Assembly: GCA_003551565.1 (NCBI GenBank)
Contig: PUMZ01000036.1
Coordinates: 1-42,718 of the forward strand
Reading direction: 5' to 3'
DNA: 42,718 nt
Origin: Candidatus Brocadiaceae bacterium
GTDB lineage: Bacteria > Planctomycetota > Brocadiia > SM23-32
The notes under the pieces were generated by a model, which saw only the letters and a list, made by a program, of their open reading frames with translations, searched no databases and was not told where the DNA came from. Numbering within the stretch: position 1 is the first letter of the stretch; the number at the start of each line of letters is the position of its first letter. The position numbers and the translations under genes were made by a program. Below, piece after piece: positions 24,959 to 32,490 of the stretch.

Positions 24959-27739
24959 ATGTCAAATCCTGCAAAATGCGTTCTGCTGTGCCTGTCGGCA
25001 CTGTTGTTGTCCGTTTTTACATTGACCGCGGCCGCTGAAGAGGAGGTGGTGTTCGGATTCGATAACGCCGGGGAGCTTCAGGAGTGGGAGATCACCGAAG
25101 GGGTGTCCTTCGATCCGGAACGCATGCGCGGTGAGGAAGGCGGTTCGATGCGCGTGGAGCCGGGTGCGCGCGCGAGCCTCGGGCTGCGCGATACCGACGG
25201 GGGCGGGCGCGTGGATATCTGGTTCTACGAGGACGGCACGCGCCGTGCGGATCCCGACCAGCGGGGCGCCGGGCCGCTGGCGGGTGTGGTTGATGCGGAC
25301 GGGCGCGTCCTTGCGGCCGGGCCGATTTTCGCCCCCTACCTGGCGGGCAACGATTCCTACGCACTCGGAGAGTTCTCGCCCGACGAGCAGCCGTGGTGGG
25401 ACGTAACGCACCTCGGCGTCGGCCGCGAGGAGGGGTGGCATCGGTGGACGTTCGACTTCGACCCGCAGGAAGGGTTCCGTTTCCTGCACAACGGAGAGGA
25501 TACGGGGCGTTTCAGCTGGGCGGAGAGCGATATGGAAGGTTTTGCCGGCCTGGTGGTCATCGGCGACGACGCCGCAGATGAAGACGACCGGCAGACCCTC
25601 TGGGTGGACCGAATTGAAGTTGTGCTGGAGGGGGAGATGGAGGAGGTTGACCCGCTGGAAGGTATCGTTCCCCCGACCGATCCGGAAGTGGAGGAGGCGC
25701 CTTCGATAGTGGAGGAGCTGATGGGCAGGCATCCGCGCCTGCTGTTCGGCGAGGAAGACATCGAGGAGCTGCGTGCGTTCGCCGGGTCGGACACCGCCGC
25801 GCCGATGATGGAAGAGTTCGAGGGATATCTCCCGGCCAGCAGGTCTCCGGGAGAGGCCACCTGGCTCCGCGATGCTACCGACGCACAGCGTCAGGGCCTG
25901 TGGAGGCTTCCCACGGTGGCGCTCCACTACGTGCTGACGGAAGACCAGAGGAGTTTCGAGCGGACGGTGGAGTTCATGGAACTGCTGCTCGCCACCCCGC
26001 ACTGGGAGCTGGGGCCCGAGATCGACAGCGGCATGGGCGCGGCGAACATCATGGCCGGCGCTGCGCTTGCCTACGACTGGCTTTACCACGAGCTGGATCC
26101 GGAGTTCAGGGAGGAGTACCGACAGAAACTCTGGGAACACGCACGGCGCATGTACCATGCCGGCCACCTGCGGGGCCACGGCCACACCGCGTACTGGCAG
26201 AACGATCCGCATAACAACCACCGCTGGCACCGTAACATGGGGCTGGCCCTGTGTGCTCTGGCCGCGTATACCGGCGAGGACGACCAGAAATGGCTCATGA
26301 AGCAGCTTGCCGAAGAAATCGATTTGGTGATGCGCTGGCTGCCCGAGGATGGCAGCTACCACGAAGGCTCGAGCTACCTGACCTTCGGCGGAACGCACCT
26401 GCTGCTGGGGATTCAGGCGGTTGACCGCTGCCTGGGGACCGAGTACCGCGAACATCCGTTTTTGCAGAACGCTGCCGATTTCATGACCCATGCCCTCACG
26501 CCGGGGCTGAGAAACAGGTTTCCGTTCGGCGACCACGGCAGCGTGAACGTAGGTTCACTCGGCTACAATACGTTCCTTTACGATCCGATCGGGCGTTTTG
26601 AGATGCCCGATCACCTGGAGGTCTGGGACCGGATCCGCGAAGAACATGGTTCAGGAGCACATGTTGCGTGGACCACGCTGCTCTGGTACCCGGCCCATCT
26701 GGAACGGGGTTCGCCGGAGGCGCTGCCGCACCGTGGTTTTTTCGCCGATACGGGTGTGATTTATATCCGGGACAGCTGGGCCGAGGGAGGGGCCGGGGCG
26801 ATGTTCAAGTGCGGCCCGCTCGGCGGTTATACGCTCAACCGGTTCCGCCATGCGAACGACTACCAGTATATCAACGTTGCGCACGACGATCCGGATGCGA
26901 ACTCGTTCATACTCTATGCGGATGGTGAGTTTGTGGCGGAAACATCACGGTATTCCACCCGGAAGCAAACGGCCAACCACAACACGATTTTGATCAACGG
27001 GGGCGGTCAGGCGGCCCACGGCCGTGGTGAGGGCGGCACCTGGACGCAACCGGCGACGGGAAATACGGACATGACGGACATGGGAGTGATCACGGCGAAG
27101 GCGGAGAACGGAGGCGTTCTCGCCATTGAGGGCGAGGCTTCCGGCTCGTATCTGTCCACGAGCAACGTCCCCGATCGTCCGGCACTTGATCGCTACCGCC
27201 GCACGTTGATCTGGGTGGAAGGCCGCTATCTTCTCGTACTGGACGATATCCGCGCTCCCGAACCTGTGGATGTCTCGTGGCTGATGCAGGGTCCTTCGCT
27301 TGAGCCCGAGGACGAGGCGGCGGGCCGTTATCGTTTGCAGTCCGGTGATGTGAGCCGTTCGTTCATGGTGGTGTCGTCGGAGGAGACGGATCCGCAGATA
27401 GTGGATTCTCCGTCGGATCACCGCAGCGAGGCACTGGGCTGGGAACAGCTCCGTCTGGAGGCGGCGGGCGTTGCTTCGGTCCGCCTTGCCAGCGTATACG
27501 ACGTGTGGGATCTGGGAGATTTGAGCGTCTCGCTTGAGGTTGAGGATGCCGACCGGGCGACGGTCACGGTCTCAACGGACGGGGGCGAGGATACCTGGAG
27601 CTGGCGTGCCGGGGAAGGCCGGTTCGATCCGTCCGAGGTGGTCGGAGAGGACCCTGAGGGCGTCGAAATCATCAGGATGGATCAGCCCGAGCCCGCCACC
27701 CGCCGGCTCAGGCAGGAGGCGAAAGACGCCGCTCCATGA
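24959..27739 (+). CDS. heparinase II/III-like lyase with an extra N-terminal beta-rich domain and an acidic linker, secreted
   Basis: ORF 24866..27739, with the start at ATG 24959 (GAGGGAGG upstream). The signal is MSNPAKCVLLCLSALLLSVFTLTAAA. It has ..RHPRLLFGEEDIEELR.., ..AHDDPDANSFILY.. and ..ANHNTILING... Confidence 0.75.
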   Translation: MSNPAKCVLLCLSALLLSVFTLTAAAEEEVVFGFDNAGELQEWEITEGVSFDPERMRGEEGGSMRVEPGARASLGLRDTDGGGRVDIWFYEDGTRRADPDQRGAGPLAGVVDADGRVLAAGPIFAPYLAGNDSYALGEFSPDEQPWWDVTHLGVGREEGWHRWTFDFDPQEGFRFLHNGEDTGRFSWAESDMEGFAGLVVIGDDAADEDDRQTLWVDRIEVVLEGEMEEVDPLEGIVPPTDPEVEEAPSIVEELMGRHPRLLFGEEDIEELRAFAGSDTAAPMMEEFEGYLPASRSPGEATWLRDATDAQRQGLWRLPTVALHYVLTEDQRSFERTVEFMELLLATPHWELGPEIDSGMGAANIMAGAALAYDWLYHELDPEFREEYRQKLWEHARRMYHAGHLRGHGHTAYWQNDPHNNHRWHRNMGLALCALAAYTGEDDQKWLMKQLAEEIDLVMRWLPEDGSYHEGSSYLTFGGTHLLLGIQAVDRCLGTEYREHPFLQNAADFMTHALTPGLRNRFPFGDHGSVNVGSLGYNTFLYDPIGRFEMPDHLEVWDRIREEHGSGAHVAWTTLLWYPAHLERGSPEALPHRGFFADTGVIYIRDSWAEGGAGAMFKCGPLGGYTLNRFRHANDYQYINVAHDDPDANSFILYADGEFVAETSRYSTRKQTANHNTILINGGGQAAHGRGEGGTWTQPATGNTDMTDMGVITAKAENGGVLAIEGEASGSYLSTSNVPDRPALDRYRRTLIWVEGRYLLVLDDIRAPEPVDVSWLMQGPSLEPEDEAAGRYRLQSGDVSRSFMVVSSEETDPQIVDSPSDHRSEALGWEQLRLEAAGVASVRLASVYDVWDLGDLSVSLEVEDADRATVTVSTDGGEDTWSWRAGEGRFDPSEVVGEDPEGVEIIRMDQPEPATRRLRQEAKDAAP

Positions 27740-27859
27740 ATGAATCCCGGCGGTTCGGCCGAATCGGGAGTGCGTCCTTGGTTGCAGAGCCTTGCAGGGA
27801 TGTTCCCGAAGCGATGGCTGCCGTATGAGCAGTCCGGCACGTCCAGTCTGGCCGAAAAA

Positions 27860-27960
27860 TTACGGTAGGGTCGTAGTGAGCCCTTCAGGGCTCCGGACTC
27901 AGGAAAGGACTACGCCTACTCACGCAGTGACGCTTGAAAGCGTTTACTGCGAGCCGGGTT
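27860..27960 (-). repeat. intergenic GC-hairpin repeat family, copy C (reverse orientation, shorter and more diverged)
   Basis: The reverse complement contains CTCGCAGTAAACGC..TTCAAGC..GTCCGGAGCCCTGAAGGGCTCAC..ACGACC, which aligns with copies A and B. The hairpin is GAGCCC/GGGCTC at 27878..27893. Confidence 0.65.
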
Positions 27961-28020
27961 TTCGGCCAGGCCTCCGGTCCGCCCTGAAAAGTTGTTTTTC
28001 CTTTTGGATGGGAGCAAGCG

Positions 28021-28851
28021 ATGAAAATTTCTTTTTCGAGCCTGGGCGCACCCGATAAGCCGTTGGATGAATTTGCCGCGATGCTGGAAAACAATGGATA
28101 CGATGCCATTGAATTGAGGGGCCGGCCGGGAAAGCACGTGCACTGGGAAGACGGCAGCGGCCGCAGGGCGGAGGTGAGGAACATTTTGTCCGACCACGGC
28201 CTGGAGGCAGCGGCGGTGAGCACCTACATTTTTGCCGCCAACCGCGAAAGCGGTGGACCCGAACGGCCCGACCATCGCGACGAACGCGGCAATGCTGATG
28301 AACTCAAGCGCTGGGTCGACCTGGCCTCCGACCTGGGCGCTCCCAATGTGCGCATTTTCGGTGGAGCGCTTCCGGAAGATGAGACGATGGAAGACGCCTT
28401 GCCGCGTGTTGCGCGCATTATGGACGCCGGCGCCGCGGTGAATCCGGAGGTCAACATATGCCTTGAGTTGCACGATGTATGGAATACGGGCGAGATCGTA
28501 TCCAGGGTGCTCGACAGCACGGAGCACAGCAACTGTATGGCCCTCTGGGATGTCTGCGGCCCGTGGCCTGCGGAGTCTCCCCGGGAAACCCTGGAGTGCG
28601 TGACTCCCGGACGCATTGCTTACCTGCACCTTTGCGATTGCTTCCGGGTTCCCGGACGTAAGGGACCGTACCACTGTTTCCTGGGAGCGGGCGAGGTGCC
28701 CGTGGAATGGATCGTCCGTCAACTGCGTGATATCGGATGGGACGGCTTCCTGGACGTCGAGTGGGAGGGTATCTACAACGATTACATGCCGGAGGTCGAG
28801 ATCGGAGCGGCGCAGAGCATTATGAAACTGAAGCGGATGCTCTGCGAGTAG
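28021..28851 (+). CDS. sugar phosphate isomerase/epimerase (xylose-isomerase-like TIM barrel) family protein
   Basis: ORF 28021..28851. It has ..YDAIELRG.., ..LGAPNVRIFGG.., ..ICLELHD.. and ..GWDGFLDVEWEG... Confidence 0.7.
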   Translation: MKISFSSLGAPDKPLDEFAAMLENNGYDAIELRGRPGKHVHWEDGSGRRAEVRNILSDHGLEAAAVSTYIFAANRESGGPERPDHRDERGNADELKRWVDLASDLGAPNVRIFGGALPEDETMEDALPRVARIMDAGAAVNPEVNICLELHDVWNTGEIVSRVLDSTEHSNCMALWDVCGPWPAESPRETLECVTPGRIAYLHLCDCFRVPGRKGPYHCFLGAGEVPVEWIVRQLRDIGWDGFLDVEWEGIYNDYMPEVEIGAAQSIMKLKRMLCE

Positions 28852-28944
28852 CGTCTTCATCCGTCGGGATCGGCACGGTGTGGAGGGACATCGGACGCCG
28901 GGCTTTCGGGCCGTGCGGGATTCCGGGGCATGGCGGGGAGATTT

Positions 28945-30270
28945 CTACCGGTCCCGGTACAGATCGCCCCACCGTTCCCTGATCGCATCCTCTGGGGCTG
29001 TCTCATCTTCGGGCCGAAAAGTGCGCATGCGTCCCGCCGGGATCTCGAAGGTCTCGCCCCTGTAAAGAACATTCAGCGTTCCCTCCGATACCGTCACCCT
29101 GAAGCTTTCCTCCTCCTTGATCCGTATCTCTGCGAGCCCTCTCCCGTGCCTGACCTCACCGCCGGGGACCACAACGCTCAGTGTCCTGCCGCCCCGGCCC
29201 CTGTCGGAGAGCACTGTCCCCCTTTCAGCAGAGATTCGGGTGTTTCTGAAAACGGTCACCTTCGTTTCTTCGGCGAGTGCGATACGTTCGCCGTCTCCCC
29301 GGAGCCGGAAGTGCAACTCCGCCCATCCTCCCTCCCCCACATTCACGGCCGCGCCCCGTGGCAGTCTCAGATGCCGGTCGTTCGCCACGAGCATATCGTC
29401 TATCCTGACGTCTCCTTCAAAATCCACCAGTCTTGCAACCGGCCAGTAGTTATACCATGCAAATAAAAGTCCGGCGACCAGGGCCGCAAGCCCTCCCAGC
29501 CGCAAAAAACCGGCGATTGACGCTCTGGTCGGCGCGGCGACAAGAAGTCCGAGTTCATAGAGCACAAGGATGGGCACCGCCATCATAACCTGCGTTCCGG
29601 GCTCGGGCGGAGTAAAAAACGCCGCAAAGACAAAAGCCCCGAAGATTGCATTCTTGCGGTTGGACCGGATGGTGGCGGCGCTGACAATATCCCATTTCAC
29701 CAGGTAATAGATGACCAGCGGGGTCTGGAACACGATGCCGAGGGCCAGTATCATCATCAACAACAGCGACAGGTAGGACCCCATCATGAGCACCGGTTCG
29801 GTCGAGGCGGGAGCCAGCGAGAGCAGAAAACGCAGGGCCAGGGGGATGAACAGAAAATATCCGAACAATGTTCCGGCGGCAAAACACAGGACGGAGGCGG
29901 CCAGGATCCGCGTAAAAAAAAGGCGTTCGTTGCGGTAAAGCCCGGGGGCTATGAAAGCCCATACCTGATACAGAAGGTAGGGGACGGTAACGGTGACGGC
30001 AACGCTCAGGCAGGCCCTCAGCTGCACGGTCACGGATTCCATGTAATCCATGATTTTGAGTGCGGGACTGATCCGCATTCGCTCAGCAGTGTGGATGTGC
30101 GGGCGAAAAAGCACCTGCATGATCTGCTCACGAAATATCCAGGCAGCAACAAACGCCACGCCCACCAGTACGATGCAACGGATCAAACGGGAGCGCAGTT
30201 CGTCCAGATGCGCTCCAAGCGACATGGAAGCGGCAGGTTGTTGCAACTGATTTAGATCGTTCTCACCCAT
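28945..30270 (-). CDS. tatC: TatC (twin-arginine translocase subunit) fused to an extra TM segment and a C-terminal FecR-like domain
   Basis: ORF 28945..30345, with the start at ATG 30270 (or 30225). ..HLDELRSRLIRCIV.. is followed by six hydrophobic segments, which is the TatC layout. A seventh TM (GGLAALVAGLLFAWYNYW) and a beta-rich tail of about 170 aa follow. Confidence 0.7.
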   Translation of the reverse strand: MGENDLNQLQQPAASMSLGAHLDELRSRLIRCIVLVGVAFVAAWIFREQIMQVLFRPHIHTAERMRISPALKIMDYMESVTVQLRACLSVAVTVTVPYLLYQVWAFIAPGLYRNERLFFTRILAASVLCFAAGTLFGYFLFIPLALRFLLSLAPASTEPVLMMGSYLSLLLMMILALGIVFQTPLVIYYLVKWDIVSAATIRSNRKNAIFGAFVFAAFFTPPEPGTQVMMAVPILVLYELGLLVAAPTRASIAGFLRLGGLAALVAGLLFAWYNYWPVARLVDFEGDVRIDDMLVANDRHLRLPRGAAVNVGEGGWAELHFRLRGDGERIALAEETKVTVFRNTRISAERGTVLSDRGRGGRTLSVVVPGGEVRHGRGLAEIRIKEEESFRVTVSEGTLNVLYRGETFEIPAGRMRTFRPEDETAPEDAIRERWGDLYRDR

Positions 30271-30321
30271 TGTCGCCAACCATGTTTGTGATATCTCCGC
30301 CCGGGAGCCCGGCCGATAAAC

Positions 30322-30450
30322 CCGGCCCGCAGTGGACGCTGGCAAGCCTGCCGGCCGGCAGGCAGGCGTCCGGGGATCAGCACACCAAATCCCGGACTCC
30401 GGAGCCCCTGAAAGGGGCTCCCTGCGAACCTGTTGTGATCTTCCCGGTCA
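30322..30450 (+). repeat. intergenic GC-hairpin repeat family, copy A
   Basis: It contains CGCAGTGGACGC (30328..30339), CGGACTCCGGAGCCCCTG, the hairpin GGAGCCCC-TGAAA-GGGGCTCC (30401..30421) and AACCTGTTG. It aligns with copy B. Confidence 0.75.
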
Positions 30451-30474
30451 GGGTCCCGGCGGATGTCCGCAACG

Positions 30475-30503
30475 TTGAAGGTCAGCCATAGATATTATAT
30501 ATT
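30475..30503 (+). promoter_or_regulatory. sigma70-like promoter candidate TTGAAG-N17-TATATT in an AT-rich patch upstream of mnmA
   Basis: The -35 is at 30475..30480 and the -10 at 30498..30503. It is about 145 nt upstream of ATG 30649. Confidence 0.4.
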
Positions 30504-30648
30504 ATTATATGATAGGATAAAGTATCATGGAATTCCAACGGCCGGCTTGTTCGGACCCGGTGAGGGCCGCGTCGTGCGTGGCCGGCGGGCTTTTTACCGT
30601 ATGCCGGGGGCCGGAAGATACAAAGATCACCACGGATTCGGTCGAGCG

Positions 30649-31779
30649 ATGCAATCTACAGCCAGGCAGGAAGAAACCGTCCGGAAAGATGTTCCGCCAA
30701 AGGTCCTTGTGGCCATGTCGGGCGGGGTCGATTCATCGATTGCAGCGATGCTGCTTGCAGAAAACGGCGTGGAGGTGACCGGTGTGACGTTCCGCCTGCC
30801 GTTCTACGGCGCAGAATCCGGGATGGAGGGCGGATGTTGCGGCACAGCCGGAATCAAAGATGCCCGGGATGTCTGCCGCCGTATCGGCATAAAGCATTAC
30901 GTGCTGGATTACCGCGAGAAGTTCGAGCAGACGGTTCTTGAAAACTTCCGCACCGAGTACTGCAACGGCCGCACCCCCAACCCCTGTATCCGCTGCAACG
31001 ACTGGCTGAAGTTCGGCTCCCTGCTCGATACCGCCCTGGCGATGGACATACCTGCAGTCGCTACCGGCCATTACGTGCGCAAGTTATATAACGTCGAAAG
31101 TGGTCGTTACGAACTTTTGACCGGCCCGAAGGGTGAGGATCAGTCGTATTTTCTCTTTACTCTGTCGCAGAACCAGCTCGCGCGTGCAGTGTTTCCACTG
31201 GGTGAGCTGACAAAAAAACAGGTCCGGTTCCAGGCGCGCAGGACCGGTCTCGGTACGCACAACAGGCCCAAGAGCCAGGATCTGTGTTTTTTGGCCGGCG
31301 GGCGGTACGGGGAGCTGTTGAGAAAAAAGCACCCTGAACTGCTGGCTCCCGGCGAGATACGCCACGTCGACGGCAGGAAACTCGGCACCCACCGCGGGAT
31401 CGCACTCTATACTGTCGGGCAGCGCAAGGGGCTCGGCCTCTCCTGGAATGAGCCGCTTTACGTGGTGGAGATCGATCCGCAGCGCAACCGGCTCATCGTG
31501 GGGGAAAAAGAACATGTGCGGGAAAGGACGGTGTCGGTCGGGGAACTGAACTGGGTCTCCGTTGCACCTTCCGCCGGCGGGCCCATGCGCGCCGGTGTAA
31601 AAATACGTTTCCGCCATCCCCCCGCGGCCGCTTCCATCGCCAACCGGGGAGGCGGGCGGGCGAGGGTGCAGTTCGACGAGGCTCAGCTCGCGCCCACACC
31701 GGGTCAGGCTGCGGTGTTCTACTGCGGTGAGCGCCTGCTGGGGGGCGGTTTTATCGAAAAGACCCCCTCCGGATGCTGA
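30649..31779 (+). CDS. mnmA: tRNA 2-thiouridine(34) synthase MnmA
   Basis: ORF 30463..31779, with the start at ATG 30649. It has the ..KVLVAMSGGVDSS.. PP-loop, ..RTPNPCIRCN.. and ..GEDQSYFL... Length is 376 aa. Confidence 0.85.
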   Translation: MQSTARQEETVRKDVPPKVLVAMSGGVDSSIAAMLLAENGVEVTGVTFRLPFYGAESGMEGGCCGTAGIKDARDVCRRIGIKHYVLDYREKFEQTVLENFRTEYCNGRTPNPCIRCNDWLKFGSLLDTALAMDIPAVATGHYVRKLYNVESGRYELLTGPKGEDQSYFLFTLSQNQLARAVFPLGELTKKQVRFQARRTGLGTHNRPKSQDLCFLAGGRYGELLRKKHPELLAPGEIRHVDGRKLGTHRGIALYTVGQRKGLGLSWNEPLYVVEIDPQRNRLIVGEKEHVRERTVSVGELNWVSVAPSAGGPMRAGVKIRFRHPPAAASIANRGGGRARVQFDEAQLAPTPGQAAVFYCGERLLGGGFIEKTPSGC

Positions 31780-31820
31780 TGCGGTCTTTACAACCAACCA
31801 CCAGGTGCGCGGGCAAAAAA

Positions 31821-31950
31821 CCGCCTCGCAGTGGACGCGTTCAAGCTTGCCGCACTCAGGCCGGCGTCCCCGGGTTGGCGCGACAATTTACGGACTCCGG
31901 AGCCCCTGCAGGGGCTCACGACCAACCTGTTGCAAGCTTTCCGGCTACGC
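31821..31950 (+). repeat. intergenic GC-hairpin repeat family, copy B
   Basis: It contains CGCAGTGGACGC (31827..31838), CGGACTCCGGAGCCCCTG, the 18-nt palindrome GAGCCCCTGCAGGGGCTC and AACCTGTTG. It has the same orientation as copy A, 1499 nt downstream. Confidence 0.75.
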
Positions 31951-31963
31951 TCCCGGCCTGCAA

Positions 31964-31992
31964 TTGCGTTGGAGGTCAATAAACGGTAGAAT
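31964..31992 (+). promoter_or_regulatory. sigma70-like promoter candidate TTGCGT-N17-TAGAAT
   Basis: The -35 is at 31964..31969 and the -10 at 31987..31992. It is about 90 nt upstream of ATG 32083. The decamer GGTAGAATGG is shared with 38407..38416. Confidence 0.45.
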
Positions 31993-32082
31993 GGATTGTC
32001 ATGGGGAATGCGTCCGAACACCGGCAATGTGATGTTCAGGGCGTTGGAAAAGCAGAGAATTAGACAACGGGGGAACAGGTTG

Positions 32083-32490
32083 ATGATCATACCGGATAAC
32101 AGAGCCTATACCCGGAACCACGAATGGCTGAGGATCGATTCGGAAGTGGTGGAGGTTGGGCTGACGGAGCCCCTTTTGAAGGCCATGGGGGATTTAATCG
32201 CGCTCGAATTGCCGGAGAGCGAAGATGTCATGCTGCGCGGTTTTCCCATTGCAGTCGCCGAAAGCCTGGATACCTTGCACGAGATTCTGCCTCCGGCCGA
32301 TGCAGACATTTTGGAAGTGAACAAGGAGCTGGAATGGGATCTCGATACGGTTTCCAGGGACCCGTATGGGAAGGGGTGGCTGTTGAAGATCAAGGTTGAG
32401 GATCCGGACCACCTGCGGGATTTGTTATCGCCGGACCTGTATAGAAACCATTGTAAGAAAACTTTTGGAGAGGAAAGTGGGATCGAGTAA
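32083..32490 (+). CDS. gcvH: glycine-cleavage H-protein-like protein lacking the lipoyl-lysine
   Basis: ORF 31996..32490, with the start at ATG 32083. It has ..YTRNHEWLRID.., ..DPYGKGWLLKIK... The lipoylation motif region reads AVAESLDTLHE where canonical GcvH has (V/A)ESVKAASD. Confidence 0.7.
   Translation: MIIPDNRAYTRNHEWLRIDSEVVEVGLTEPLLKAMGDLIALELPESEDVMLRGFPIAVAESLDTLHEILPPADADILEVNKELEWDLDTVSRDPYGKGWLLKIKVEDPDHLRDLLSPDLYRNHCKKTFGEESGIE

Noticed and set aside
31780-32082. Possible glycine riboswitch upstream of the gcvH-like gene
   Set aside because: The region is occupied by repeat copy B and a promoter-like site. I could not find the conserved glycine-riboswitch core elements. An Infernal scan would settle it.
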